Below are positions 15,729 to 25,569 of a stretch of 28,737 nucleotides of DNA, piece by piece. Source of the stretch: Candidatus Limnocylindria bacterium (lineage in GTDB: Bacteria > Chloroflexota > Limnocylindria > QHBO01). The stretch lies in the NCBI GenBank assembly GCA_035697465.1, contig DASSCW010000189.1:1-28737 (forward strand), read 5' to 3'. Position 1 is the stretch's first letter; every line of letters starts with the position of its first letter. The translations under genes and the position numbers were made by a program. Under the pieces are notes generated by a model, which saw only the letters and a program-made list of their open reading frames with translations, did not search any database and was not told where the DNA came from.

Positions 15729-16325
15729 ATGCCGTTGCGCGATGCGAGCGAGGGTCTGCCGCTGACGCTGGGGGAGGAGCCGGCCTTCTGCCCCGCCTGC
15801 GGTCGCCCCGTAGCTGAGCGTGTGCTTGAGGAGGACCACCGACCGCGCCTGGTCTGCCCGGAGGGTCACGTCACCTGGCGCAACCCGCGGCTGGTGGTCG
15901 GCACGCTGCCGGTGCGCGATGGACGTGTCTTCCTGGCACGTCGCGCCATTGAACCGGGCGCCGGGCTATGGACCTATCCCGGCGGATTCCTGGAGCTCGG
16001 AGAGGCAGCGCAGGAGGGAGCCCGCCGCGAGACGGAAGAGGAGACGCAGCTGCGGGTCGAGGTCGGCCGGCTGATCGGCGCCTACTCGCGGCCGCATGCT
16101 GGGGTGGTGACGCTGGTGTACGAGGCGACCGTGGTCGGCGGCGAGCCGCTGCCCGGCGCGGAGACCACCGAGGTGCGCGGCTTCTTACCGGATGAGATTC
16201 CCTGGCCGGAGCTCGCCTTCACGACCACCGAGTCCGCGCTGCGTGACTGGGTGGCATCACTGCCGGGCCGCGGTCCGCGATTCGAGCCGGAGCTGTACGT
16301 CGAGGGAGATCCTCCCATCAGCTGA
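15729..16325 (+). CDS. NUDIX hydrolase with an N-terminal zinc ribbon
   Basis: FCPACG...VCPEGH, NP, Nudix box GGFLELGEAAQEGARRETEEET. ATG15729 preferred over the track start 15630. Confidence 0.88.
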   Translation: MPLRDASEGLPLTLGEEPAFCPACGRPVAERVLEEDHRPRLVCPEGHVTWRNPRLVVGTLPVRDGRVFLARRAIEPGAGLWTYPGGFLELGEAAQEGARRETEEETQLRVEVGRLIGAYSRPHAGVVTLVYEATVVGGEPLPGAETTEVRGFLPDEIPWPELAFTTTESALRDWVASLPGRGPRFEPELYVEGDPPIS

Positions 16326-16409
16326 TTTCGCGCGGTTCGCTGGTCGCCCGCGCTACGCCGCGACCCTTCTGCGCGGTGTTGGTAATAGTCTGGTGAGCTT
16401 GGAAGTCCG

Positions 16410-17723
16410 ATGAACGAAGGGCCGATTCCCGTCTCCTGCGAGCGCTGTGGCCGCCGAGTTGAGCTCCAGCCGCCTGCGCCCGGCGACCGCGACCTGGGCC
16501 TGGACAGGATCAAGGCCGCGTTCCGTTACTGCTCAGGCTGTCAGCTCTTCATCGGTCGCACATGCTGCTGGCAGCCCGAGGCGATCGCGTGCACCGTCGA
16601 TGCGCCCCGTTTCGCAGTGAGCGTGGACCGGCTGCCCGCGCAGGGCCCCAATCACTCCGCGCGCGACGCCACTGCTCGCAGCGCGCTCGAAGGGATGGCT
16701 GCGTCCCTCGAGGAGCTGGAACGGATCGAAGTGCCCGTGGGAGATCCTCGCGGCTCGGACACCGACCGTGGGCTGGCCAAGCGGGCCTGGGTTGATGCCT
16801 GGGGCGAGATCGCCTCGCTCGTCGCCCGCATCGAGACGAGTCGTGACGCCGCGGCGAAGTCCCTGTGGCGCCCTTTGATCAGCCCGGAGGGGCCTCGCGC
16901 CGAAGGGCTGGACAGCGAGCTGCAGGGTCTGGAAGATCGATATCGCCGCACCCGAGTTGCTGCCGAAGCGCGACTCCGCGCTGCAGCCGAGCCGTTGGCG
17001 CGCTCGCGCCGTCGGAGAACGCATGCGCCACGGTGGCGCGCCGGCTCGTCGCTCGTGCTTGGCGCGCTTGCGTCGGTGGCGGTGCTGTCTTTCTCAACTG
17101 CGTCGTTGCTCCAGCTTGGCATCATCGACCCGTTTGCGGATGGGCGCAGCGCGTCCGCCACTCAGCCGGAGGAAGCCGTGCTCGGTGGTGCGCCGAGTGG
17201 CCTGATCGCCGCCCTCGATATCGACACCCTGCGGCTCGGCAGGTTGGACGAGTCGGAGAGCATCGCCTCGGTGGCGGGGGACATACAGGTGGTTGAAGCG
17301 CCGTCGCCATTCGATCGGGGCATTCGTTTCGGTGGCGACGGATCGCACACCTTCTGCGCGCACTCCACGGCATCCGATGACGGCACCATCCGGTTCGACG
17401 CGGACCTGCTCACCCAATCGGCGCTGGTCGCAGCCCGCCTGAAGCTCACGGTGGCGCCAGCGGAGGCTGCTGCCACGATCGTCAGCGTGCCGCTGCGCCC
17501 GCTCGGCAACCTGCAGTCCGGAGCCTGGCATCGGCTACACGCCGCGTGGGAGCCGCGACAGCCCGCAGCGGTGACCTTCAGTGGGACCTCGGGCCAGGTG
17601 CGAAGGTTGACCGTGCCATTGGCGCGGGATGACCGCGCCGTGCCCGGAACGGTCTGTATCGCGGTGTCCGGCATGGGCACGCATGCCCAGCTGCTGATCG
17701 CCAACCTGCGGGTTCGTCGCTGA
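16410..17723 (+). CDS. Hypothetical single-pass membrane protein with a Cys-rich N-terminus (437 aa)
   Basis: CERC...YCSGC...CCW...C in the first ~60 aa, helical middle, one TM (LVLGALASVAVLSFSTASLLQLGII), beta-rich C-terminus. Confidence 0.65.
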   Translation: MNEGPIPVSCERCGRRVELQPPAPGDRDLGLDRIKAAFRYCSGCQLFIGRTCCWQPEAIACTVDAPRFAVSVDRLPAQGPNHSARDATARSALEGMAASLEELERIEVPVGDPRGSDTDRGLAKRAWVDAWGEIASLVARIETSRDAAAKSLWRPLISPEGPRAEGLDSELQGLEDRYRRTRVAAEARLRAAAEPLARSRRRRTHAPRWRAGSSLVLGALASVAVLSFSTASLLQLGIIDPFADGRSASATQPEEAVLGGAPSGLIAALDIDTLRLGRLDESESIASVAGDIQVVEAPSPFDRGIRFGGDGSHTFCAHSTASDDGTIRFDADLLTQSALVAARLKLTVAPAEAAATIVSVPLRPLGNLQSGAWHRLHAAWEPRQPAAVTFSGTSGQVRRLTVPLARDDRAVPGTVCIAVSGMGTHAQLLIANLRVRR

Positions 17724-17757
17724 CCGCGGCGCCGAGGTCGCGGGGAAGCAACGCGGG

Positions 17758-18195
17758 CTATGGCACCAGGATTGGGCGGCGCAGCAGATCGCCGCGAGTA
17801 GGCACGGCGGCCCCGAGCATGACGCCGTAGAGAAGGGCGGCCGCGAGCAGAACCAAGTTGGTCGTCGCACCATGCTCGGTCAGCCGGCCGAGGACCAGCC
17901 AGGCAAGGACCGCAAAGCATGGCCCGGCGATCGCGAGGGTGGCGCGAACGGTGAAGTAGCGGGCGAAGAAGTAGGCGAAAGTCATGCCGACGCCGCCCGA
18001 CGCGAGCTGCGCGATGGCGATGCCCAACGCCAGCTCCGTGTGCCCGCGTCCGCCGCCGAGCAGCTCAAGCGGCAGCAGCGGCCGCCAGCTCACCAGCAGG
18101 CCGCCGACCATGGCGGTGGCAGCCCACACCCAGCCCGCAGCGAGGCCTGTCACCAGGCCGCGGTAGGCCAGGCGCAGGCCGTTGATCTCGGTCAC
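17758..18195 (-). CDS. Small four-TM membrane protein
   Basis: 145 aa, four hydrophobic helices (GLAAGWVWAATAMV..., GVGMTFAYFFARY...). Downstream of the fab operon. Confidence 0.7.
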   Translation of the reverse strand: MTEINGLRLAYRGLVTGLAAGWVWAATAMVGGLLVSWRPLLPLELLGGGRGHTELALGIAIAQLASGGVGMTFAYFFARYFTVRATLAIAGPCFAVLAWLVLGRLTEHGATTNLVLLAAALLYGVMLGAAVPTRGDLLRRPILVP

Positions 18196-18266
18196 GCCTT
18201 GATCCTAGGATCGCCGGCGCCGAATCCTCAGCGGACCGATGGTCCGGGGCTTGCCCGTACGGGCGA

Positions 18267-19517
18267 CTACTCGTAGCGGCGGAAGACGGCGACGGCGTTC
18301 TGCCCGCCGAACCCGAAGCCGTTGACGATGGCCACGCCAACCGGGGCCTGCCGGGCGGTGTTCGGAACATAGTCCAGGTCGCAGGCAGGGTCCGCGTTCT
18401 CGTAGTTGATGGTTGGCGGAATCGTCCCGTCACGGATGGAGAGCACCGCGGCCAGCGCGCTCATCGCCCCGGCCGCACCCAGGGTGTGGCCGATCATGCT
18501 CTTGTTGCTGCTCACCGCCAGCTTGTCGGCGTGCGCGCCGAAGGCCAGGCGGATCGCCTTCGTCTCGGTCGCGTCGTTGAGCGGCGTGCTGGTGCCGTGC
18601 GCCACCACGTAGTCAACCTGTTCCACCGCGAGGTCGGCATCGCGGAGCGCACGCGTCATGGCGCGGGCGGCGCCGTCGCCCGACGGGTCCGGCGCGCTGA
18701 TGTGGAAGGCGTCGCCCGTCAGTGCGCCGCCGGCCACCTCGGCAATGATCGGCGCTCCTCGTCGCTCGGCATGCTCAGCCGCCTCCACCACCAGCACCGC
18801 CGCCGCCTCGCCGAAGACGAAGCCGTCCCGCTCCGCGTCGAACGGTCGTGAAGCACGCTCCGGATCGTCGTTGCGCTTCGAGAGGGCGCCCATGTTGGCC
18901 AGCGCCGCGAAGGCGACCGGCAGGATGGCGCTCTCCGTGCCGCCGGTGATGACCACGTCGGCGTCACCGTGCTCGATCATGCGCTGCGCTTCGATGAAGG
19001 CCTGCACCCCGGATGCGCAGGCGGCCACGCTCGTCACCACGGGCCCGCGCAGCTTGTTCTGGATGCTGATCTGGCAGGCGGCCATGGAGGGGGAGAGCAT
19101 CGGCACCATGAAGGGGCTGACGCGCTGCGGTCCCTGCTCCAGGTAGACGCGCTCGCCTGCGGTCACATCGCCGATGCCGCCGCCACCGGTGTTGACGACC
19201 ACGGCGATGTCGTCGCGGTTCGCGTCGCTGATCTCCAGACCCGAGCTTTCGATCGCCTGCGCGGCGGCCGCCACCGCGATCTGGCTGAATCGGCTCATCC
19301 GGCGCGCCTGCTTGAAGTCCATGAAGTCGCGCGGATCGAAGCCCTTGATCTCGGCCGCGATCTGGACCTCTTCGTTCGCCGGGTCGTAGGTCGTGATGCG
19401 CGCCACGCCACTCACCCCGGTGGTCAGGTTCGACCAGAAGGTCGGCACGTCATTGCCAATCGGCGAGATGGCGCCCATGCCCGTCACCACGGCTCGCCGC
19501 CCGGCATCCCGGCTCAC
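18267..19517 (-). CDS. fabF: Beta-ketoacyl-ACP synthase II, copy 2
   Basis: RAVVTGMGAISPIG, ACASG (Cys), AHGTSTPLND (His), KSMIGHTLGAAG (His), NGFGFGGQN. Confidence 0.93.
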   Translation of the reverse strand: MSRDAGRRAVVTGMGAISPIGNDVPTFWSNLTTGVSGVARITTYDPANEEVQIAAEIKGFDPRDFMDFKQARRMSRFSQIAVAAAAQAIESSGLEISDANRDDIAVVVNTGGGGIGDVTAGERVYLEQGPQRVSPFMVPMLSPSMAACQISIQNKLRGPVVTSVAACASGVQAFIEAQRMIEHGDADVVITGGTESAILPVAFAALANMGALSKRNDDPERASRPFDAERDGFVFGEAAAVLVVEAAEHAERRGAPIIAEVAGGALTGDAFHISAPDPSGDGAARAMTRALRDADLAVEQVDYVVAHGTSTPLNDATETKAIRLAFGAHADKLAVSSNKSMIGHTLGAAGAMSALAAVLSIRDGTIPPTINYENADPACDLDYVPNTARQAPVGVAIVNGFGFGGQNAVAVFRRYE

Positions 19518-19518
19518 G

Positions 19519-20805
19519 TCACGCCTCGTAGCGTCGGACGATGACGGTGCTGTTGTGGCCGCCCAGGCCCATCGAATTGGAGAGCGCGACGCGGACGTCG
19601 GCCGAGCGAGCCTCGTTCGGCACGTAGTCGAGCGTCAGCTCCGGATCGGGATGGCGCAGGTTGATGGTGGGTGGGATACAGCCGGTCTGGATCGCCTTCA
19701 CGCACGTGTACACCTCAAAGGCACCGGCAGCGCCCATCATGTGCCCGGTCATGCTCTTGGTGGAGCTGATGGCGAGCCCGTTGCGGGCGTGCGCACCAAA
19801 GACCTCCTCGATGGCGATCGATTCGTATCGGTCGTTCAGGGGTGTGCTGGTGCCATGCGCATTGATGTAGTCAACTTCCTCCGGACCGATGCCGGCGCGC
19901 GCCAGCGCCTGGCGCATGGCGCGCTGGTTGCCCTCGCCACGATCGGCCGGGGCCACCATGTGGAACGCGTCCGCGGCGGAGCCGTAGCCGATCACCTCGG
20001 CGATCGGGGTGGCCCCACGGTCCAGCGCGTGCTGCAGCTCCTCAAGTACCAGGACGCTCGACCCCTCGGAGACCACGAAGCCGTTGCGGGTTGCGTCGAA
20101 GGGGCGGCTGGCGATGGCAGGGTTGTACTCGCCGGTGTCGGGGTCGATGGGTGATCCGAGGGCCTTCATCTGGCTGAAGCCGGCCAACGCGATCGGCACG
20201 ACCACCGCCTCGGTGCCGGCGCCGAGCATCAGGTCGGCCTGCCCGCGCACGATCGCCTCCATCGCCTCGCCGATGGCGTGGCCGCCGGTCGCGCAGGCGC
20301 TGACGATCGCCAGGTTGTGGCCACGCAGCCCGTACTGGATCGCGACCATCCCCGACGCGGCGTCCGGGATCATGTTCGACAGCAGGAACGGCGAGACACG
20401 ATCGATGCCTCGCTCCAGCAGGGTCTTGACGCCGTCGCTGACCATGCCGATGCCGCCGATGCCGGTGCCCATCACGACGCCAAAGCGATCCGGATCGGCC
20501 TGGGTGGGGTCGAGCCTGTCGTCCGCGCCCATCAACCCGGCGGCGCGCAGCGCCTCACCGGTGGCGGCGACGGCCAGGTGCGTGTTGCGATCGTGACGGC
20601 GCGCGTCCTTGCCATCCATGTACTGGGTGGCGTCGAAGTCCTTCACCTCGCCCGCGATGTGGATGTCGTAGTCGGTCGCGTCGAAGAGGGTGATGTCGCC
20701 GATGCCGGAGCGGCCCGCGACGAGTGCATCCCACGAGGCATCGGCTCCAATGCCGACGGGTGAGACCACGCCGAGGCCGGTGACGACCGCGCGCCGCCCG
20801 GTCAC
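19519..20805 (-). CDS. fabF: Beta-ketoacyl-ACP synthase II, copy 1 (about 428 aa)
   Basis: RAVVTGLGVVSPVG, ACATG, NAHGTSTPLND, KSMTGHMMGAAG, NSMGLGGHN. GTG20805 overlaps the fabD stop (GTGA). Confidence 0.93.
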   Translation of the reverse strand: MTGRRAVVTGLGVVSPVGIGADASWDALVAGRSGIGDITLFDATDYDIHIAGEVKDFDATQYMDGKDARRHDRNTHLAVAATGEALRAAGLMGADDRLDPTQADPDRFGVVMGTGIGGIGMVSDGVKTLLERGIDRVSPFLLSNMIPDAASGMVAIQYGLRGHNLAIVSACATGGHAIGEAMEAIVRGQADLMLGAGTEAVVVPIALAGFSQMKALGSPIDPDTGEYNPAIASRPFDATRNGFVVSEGSSVLVLEELQHALDRGATPIAEVIGYGSAADAFHMVAPADRGEGNQRAMRQALARAGIGPEEVDYINAHGTSTPLNDRYESIAIEEVFGAHARNGLAISSTKSMTGHMMGAAGAFEVYTCVKAIQTGCIPPTINLRHPDPELTLDYVPNEARSADVRVALSNSMGLGGHNSTVIVRRYEA

Positions 20806-21809
20806 GTCGGAAGCCAGATGCCGTCCGCCCCGGGAGCGTCGATTGCGTGGGCGGTGGCGCCAGGTGCGATGCGCCGAATCAGGCCGGTCAACACGCGACC
20901 CGGTCCCACCTCGACGAAGTCGGTCACCCCATCGGCCGCCATGCGCCGGACCGTCTCGGTCCACTGCACGCCGTGCACCAGGTGCTCGGTGAGCTCCCGT
21001 CGCAGGCCGTCCGCCGTCTGGATCATGCTGGCGTGGACGTTGCCGAGCATCGGCACCTTCGGATCGCGGAATGGCACCTTGGCCAGGATGCGGCCGAACT
21101 CGTCGCGCGCGCGGCGCATCAGCGGGGAGTGGCTTGCCACGCTCACGGTGAGCCTGGCCGCCTTGCGGGCGCCGACCGTCTTGCTCATTTCGAGCGCGAA
21201 GACGAGCGCGGGGATGACGCCGGAGAGCACGATCTGGCCGGGCGCGTTGCGATTGGCAACCGAGATCTCGCCGTGCTCCCGCGCCTGGTCGACGATCTCG
21301 TGAACCTGCTCGTCTGACAGGCCGATGACGGCGCCCATGCCGCCGTCGATGCCGCGCTCCTGCATGATCCGGCCGCGCTCCCGCACCAGCTGGATCGCCA
21401 TCTCGAAGTCGAGCGCGTCCGCCGCCACGGCGGCAGCGTATTGACCCGCCGAGTGGCCCGCGAGCGATTGCGGGCGGAGCTCGACGCCGGCCTCGGCCGC
21501 TTCGGCGCGAAGGGCCTCGAGCCAGGCGATGCTGGTGGCCAGGATCGCCGGCTGAGCGTTGACCGTGAGGTCCAGCTCATCGGCCGGCCCCTCCGCGATC
21601 AGCTTGCTCAGCGGGAAGCCGAGCGCTTCATCGGCCCGGGCCATGATCGCGGCGGCCGCGGGCGCGCGCTCGAGGAGCGCGGTGCCCATGCCCACGTACT
21701 GCGAACCCTGCCCCGGGAAGACAAACGCGTGGACGCGGGGCGGGGAGTCGCCGTTGGTGGGCTCGGAATCGTCGCTCATCAGCTCATCTTCAGGACGGTT
21801 GGAAGTCAC
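20802..21809 (-). CDS. fabD: Malonyl-CoA:ACP transacylase
   Basis: FVFPGQGSQYVGMG, AQPAIL, AGHSAG (nucleophile motif), VSVASHSPLM, EVGPGRVLTGL. Start GTG21809 or ATG21779. Confidence 0.93.
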   Translation of the reverse strand: MTSNRPEDELMSDDSEPTNGDSPPRVHAFVFPGQGSQYVGMGTALLERAPAAAAIMARADEALGFPLSKLIAEGPADELDLTVNAQPAILATSIAWLEALRAEAAEAGVELRPQSLAGHSAGQYAAAVAADALDFEMAIQLVRERGRIMQERGIDGGMGAVIGLSDEQVHEIVDQAREHGEISVANRNAPGQIVLSGVIPALVFALEMSKTVGARKAARLTVSVASHSPLMRRARDEFGRILAKVPFRDPKVPMLGNVHASMIQTADGLRRELTEHLVHGVQWTETVRRMAADGVTDFVEVGPGRVLTGLIRRIAPGATAHAIDAPGADGIWLPT

Positions 21810-21862
21810 CCCGAGTATAGCCTGAGCACGAATCGGGCCTTCTCGGAGGCTTGGAACCCTTA

Positions 21863-22717
21863 TCAGACGTCGCAGAAGCTACCGGGGATCGGCTCGACCT
21901 CGAACGTCGGTGGATCGGCGCGATTGTCGACCCGCGCCAATCGGTGCCAGGCTGGGTAGAAGTGGGTTTCGACCGTCACCTCCAGCGCGTGCGGATGCTC
22001 GGCGTACGACCCGTTACCGGGACCGGCGCGGTACTCCTCCTGGGCGTCCTCCAGCCATTCGCGGTCCCACGTGCACGACTGGGCGATCTGCTCCGCCGTC
22101 CAGCCTTCGGTGTCCGGCGCCTCCTCTGCCACCAGGGGAATGTCGCAATGGGCGGCCGCCCACAGCCCGATAGTCTCCACGGACTCGTCCGGGTAGCGGC
22201 TGACGATCGCGGCATCGCCGCTGGACTTGAGCTGCTCGGCGGCGCCCGCCGCTGAGATGGCCAGCGCGTCCTCAACCGCCGGTCGGATCTCGACGGGGGC
22301 GACCTGCGCCAGCGCCGAGACGTGTGAGACGAACACGTGCCGTTCTAGCAGCGCTCCCGTTGCCCAGAGGGTGTTGCCCACCACTGGGCGCCAGGTGGCG
22401 CAAGCGGCCGCGACCTCGTCGAGCCCGGTAACGTCCGGCACCCGCAGCTCTTCCATTGCCGCAACGAGCATGTCCATCGTCGCGTCGACGGATGCCTCCC
22501 AGCCTGATGGATATGGCGGGTCGCCGAGCAGCATCGTCCGAACCTGCTCGAGGTCCAGGCTTGGCGCCGCGACCGGGGTGCCGCTCCCGGAGTCAACAAG
22601 GCCGCTCCCGGAGTCGGCAAGGCCGCTCCCAGAGTCGCCGGGGCCGGCCCGGCAGCCCGTCGCCAGCAGCGCAATGCCGACGATCAGGGCCGCGACGGAC
22701 GTCCGTGAGGTTCGCAT
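21863..22717 (-). CDS. Putative lipoprotein (about 284 aa)
   Basis: MRTSRTSVAALIVGIALLATGC: signal peptide II with lipobox. ATG22717 lies 4 nt after the peptidase stop; the track start 22867 overlaps the peptidase. Confidence 0.75.
   Translation of the reverse strand: MRTSRTSVAALIVGIALLATGCRAGPGDSGSGLADSGSGLVDSGSGTPVAAPSLDLEQVRTMLLGDPPYPSGWEASVDATMDMLVAAMEELRVPDVTGLDEVAAACATWRPVVGNTLWATGALLERHVFVSHVSALAQVAPVEIRPAVEDALAISAAGAAEQLKSSGDAAIVSRYPDESVETIGLWAAAHCDIPLVAEEAPDTEGWTAEQIAQSCTWDREWLEDAQEEYRAGPGNGSYAEHPHALEVTVETHFYPAWHRLARVDNRADPPTFEVEPIPGSFCDV
22580..22636 (-). repeat. About 2.7 copies of a 21-nt tandem repeat encoding xDSGSG(L/T)
   Basis: Units at 22580, 22601 and 22622 (GCCGCTCCCGGAGTC core on the + strand); protein GDSGSGL-ADSGSGL-VDSGSGT just after the lipobox. 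Confidence 0.85.
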
Positions 22718-22721
22718 CGAG

Positions 22722-24107
22722 TCAGACCGCTTCGGTGTAGCGCCGTACGACCTCGTACAGCACCGGAAGGCCGAAGCGGAGCGCACTGACGGGTACGCGC
22801 TCATCGTTGGCGTGGAAGAGCGAGAGGAAAGGGACATCCGCATCGAGGCGGAGCGGCACGAAGCCATAGGTCGGGATGCCCAGAAGGCCCATCGCCTTCG
22901 CGTCGGTCCCGAGCGTGATCATCATCGGCAGCGGTGTGGCCTCCGGGTCCGCGCGCAGCAGCTCCTCCTGCATCAGGCGCACGAGCTCGCTGTCCGCATC
23001 CGCCTCCGCCGGGGGCATGGTATGGACCGATTCGACCACGACGTCATCTCCGGCGATCTGCTGCAGCTCTGCCAGCAGGGCAGCCTGGTCGGTGCCGGGC
23101 AGGGTGCGCACGTCCACCTCCGCCTCTCCCGCGCCAGGGACCACGTTCACCTTCTTGCCGACGTGGATCACGTTGGGCGTCACCGTGTCGCGGAGCATCG
23201 CGTCGAGCGAGCGCCGGAGCACCGGATCGTCGACCGCCGCCGCCAGGCGGGCCTGTGCCTCGGTCTCCTGCCCCGCGGCGGCGAGGTCGGCCACCTCGCC
23301 CAGGCCGAGCCCCTCGAAGAAGCCGTGGACCACCGGGATCAGCTTCGGCGGTCGCGGTCCGGCGGCCAGCCGATCCACGGCGCGAGCCAGCTTGATGGCG
23401 GCGTTGTCGGGTGAGGGCATCGAGCCGTGGCTGGGCGTGCCGGTGGCGGTGACGCGCGTCCAGATGATGCCCTTCTCGGCGACCTGGATGGCGTAGACCC
23501 GCTGCCCGCCGATGGTCATCGAGTAACCGCCGACCTCATTGAGGGCAGCGGCCGCCACGCGGCCACCGGCATCGGCGAACAGGTCCGGCCGTTCGCGGAC
23601 CCAGTGGAGCGCGCCGAAGGTGCCGCCCGCCTCCTCGTCGGCTACGGCGGCGAAGATGATCTCGCGCCGCAGCGCCGCACCGGATTGGCGCAGTGCCACC
23701 ATCACCGACAGCTCCATGGCGACCATCTGCTTCATGTCGACTGCGCCGCGGCCCCACACCACGCCGTCGACGAGGTCCGCACCGAATGGGTCTCGCGACC
23801 ACGACTCGGCATCGACCGGTACCACGTCCAGGTGCGAGAGCAGGATCAGCGGCGGCTCGGTGTTCGGGACAGTGGCGGGGAGTCGTGCGAAGCAAGAGCC
23901 ACGACCCGAGAGCTCCAGCACCTCCGCCGGGATGCCCGCCGCGTTCAGCACGTCCGCGCAGTAGGTCGCGGCCGCCGTCTCGCCGCCCGTCGAGTCGCGT
24001 CCCGCAGCGCCGCGGGGGTCGCCGGGCGGGTTGACCGACGGGATACGGATCAGCGCGCGGAGGTGCTCCACGCAGGCATCGACGGCGTCATCGATCGCGA
24101 AGCTCAC
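22722..24107 (-). CDS. M20/M25/M40 (ArgE/DapE-like) metallopeptidase (about 461 aa)
   Basis: LIRIPSVNP, SHLDVVP, GRGAVDMK, ADEEAGG, NEVG, SHGS, KVNVVP, HANDERV. GTG24107 preferred. Confidence 0.92.
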   Translation of the reverse strand: MSFAIDDAVDACVEHLRALIRIPSVNPPGDPRGAAGRDSTGGETAAATYCADVLNAAGIPAEVLELSGRGSCFARLPATVPNTEPPLILLSHLDVVPVDAESWSRDPFGADLVDGVVWGRGAVDMKQMVAMELSVMVALRQSGAALRREIIFAAVADEEAGGTFGALHWVRERPDLFADAGGRVAAAALNEVGGYSMTIGGQRVYAIQVAEKGIIWTRVTATGTPSHGSMPSPDNAAIKLARAVDRLAAGPRPPKLIPVVHGFFEGLGLGEVADLAAAGQETEAQARLAAAVDDPVLRRSLDAMLRDTVTPNVIHVGKKVNVVPGAGEAEVDVRTLPGTDQAALLAELQQIAGDDVVVESVHTMPPAEADADSELVRLMQEELLRADPEATPLPMMITLGTDAKAMGLLGIPTYGFVPLRLDADVPFLSLFHANDERVPVSALRFGLPVLYEVVRRYTEAV

Positions 24108-24196
24108 CTGCGTACCGTAGCGCAGCGCAGGTGCGATATCGGCGGGAAGGAGCCCGATATGGTTCCAGGTGTCGGGCTTCGCACCGCCCGCGCCCC

Positions 24197-25552
24197 TCAC
24201 CGCTGGAGTGGGATGGCCGCGACCGCGGAGCCGATGCACCTCCCCTGCTCGAGCCCTCGCTCGATTGCGGATCGGAAATGGATGCCGCCGTACAGGCGAG
24301 AGATGGCGGCCTCCTGTGCGAACTCCGCGAACGAGCCGAATGAGCGTGGCGCGAGGCCGCGCGCGTCGTGCGTATGGTCGGTGAACGCGGTCTCACCGAG
24401 GGTCGCCTTCATGACCTCCGCCGCTGCGGCCGACTGGACCGAGTGGCCGGAGGTGTATTCCGGGAATGGAGGAGTGGTGAGTGGCAGGGCATCCCAGGTC
24501 GGGTCGATGTGGCTGCGGATGAAGCTGATCGGCCGCAACAGGTTGTGGATGTACTTGACGCGCCAGCAGGCGATGAAGGCGTCGCAGACAGCGATGCCGA
24601 GGCGAGCATAGGCGACCGCCGCGTCCGCGAGCGATCGGTCCTGGGTGCGCAGCACCTGGCCGAGGATCGAGACCGAGTGGCCCGGCGGGGTAGCGGTCAG
24701 CCCTGGATCGTCGGACCAGAAGAGGGCGATGTCGCGCTGCGCCGAGGTCAGGCCGTTCACCGTCTCGTACACCTCGAGCGCCTCCGCCAAGAACGCGCTG
24801 TCGGCCTGCGTGGAGAAGGGCGGCGGAGGCCCGGGGTTGCAAGTCAGGGCTGTGTCGAGCGCCATGGCGCGGTTCGAGCCCCATCTCGGCTGCATCGCGC
24901 GTTGGAAACCGGGCGGCGTCGGGACCCAGAGGCCCTCGCCGACGGGAGGGACGTAGTCAGCGGGGAAGTTGCGGAGGTATCCCTCGTGGCCACCATCGCT
25001 GCGCGACCACGCGTCGACGGCGCCTGCCGCCGCGCGCCCCGCTTCGACCGAGCGCCGCAAGATGCCAGGCGCCACGTTGCCGGCCATCTGCGCCTCGAGC
25101 TGGTCGATCTCGGCGCGGAGCGCCTCGGGCGCAGTCGGGAAGAGGTTGCGCGTCATGGACGCCAGGGTGGCGTTGGCGACTGAGGGCCAGTGGTAGGTGC
25201 CAGCACTCCGCGGGATGGCGGGGAGGTCGTGCAGTGTCCCGGCCAGGCTCACGTAATCTGGCATGCCCGGAACCAGCGACTCGTACAGGCCGACGCCGAG
25301 GCAGCCGAACGCACGCGAGGCCACCGGCGGCGAGTAGCCGGGCGTGCGCATGACAAGACGCTGCACGAGGCCGAACCAGGCGGTCGGCACGGCTGCGTCG
25401 TACTGCATCGCCGAAAGCGGCCGCGCCGAAAGCGTGGCGCCGGCCAGCGATGGTGACGACAGCCAGCGTATCGGGGTGAAGAGGGCAGCACCCGCGACGG
25501 CGCTCGACAGCATCCGGCGGCGGGAGATCGGTTTATTCCATTTCGACGTCAT
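24197..25552 (-). CDS. Vanadium-dependent haloperoxidase-like (PAP2 superfamily) protein with a Tat signal (about 451 aa)
   Basis: MTSKWNKPISRRRMLSSAVAGAA (twin-Arg); WRVKYIHNLLRP, PPFPEYTSGHS, SRLYGGIHF vanadate/phosphate-binding motifs. GGGAG RBS before ATG25552. Confidence 0.85.
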   Translation of the reverse strand: MTSKWNKPISRRRMLSSAVAGAALFTPIRWLSSPSLAGATLSARPLSAMQYDAAVPTAWFGLVQRLVMRTPGYSPPVASRAFGCLGVGLYESLVPGMPDYVSLAGTLHDLPAIPRSAGTYHWPSVANATLASMTRNLFPTAPEALRAEIDQLEAQMAGNVAPGILRRSVEAGRAAAGAVDAWSRSDGGHEGYLRNFPADYVPPVGEGLWVPTPPGFQRAMQPRWGSNRAMALDTALTCNPGPPPPFSTQADSAFLAEALEVYETVNGLTSAQRDIALFWSDDPGLTATPPGHSVSILGQVLRTQDRSLADAAVAYARLGIAVCDAFIACWRVKYIHNLLRPISFIRSHIDPTWDALPLTTPPFPEYTSGHSVQSAAAAEVMKATLGETAFTDHTHDARGLAPRSFGSFAEFAQEAAISRLYGGIHFRSAIERGLEQGRCIGSAVAAIPLQR

Positions 25553-25569
25553 CGGTCGTCTCCCTGTGA

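Noticed and set aside
18267-20805. Type II PKS KS-alpha/chain-length-factor pair
   Set aside because: Both proteins keep the catalytic Cys and two His residues; a CLF would lack the Cys. No PKS ACP or cyclases nearby.
22227-24611. + strand ORFs 22227-23414 and 23427-24611
   Set aside because: Antisense to the lipoprotein, M20 peptidase and haloperoxidase-like genes.
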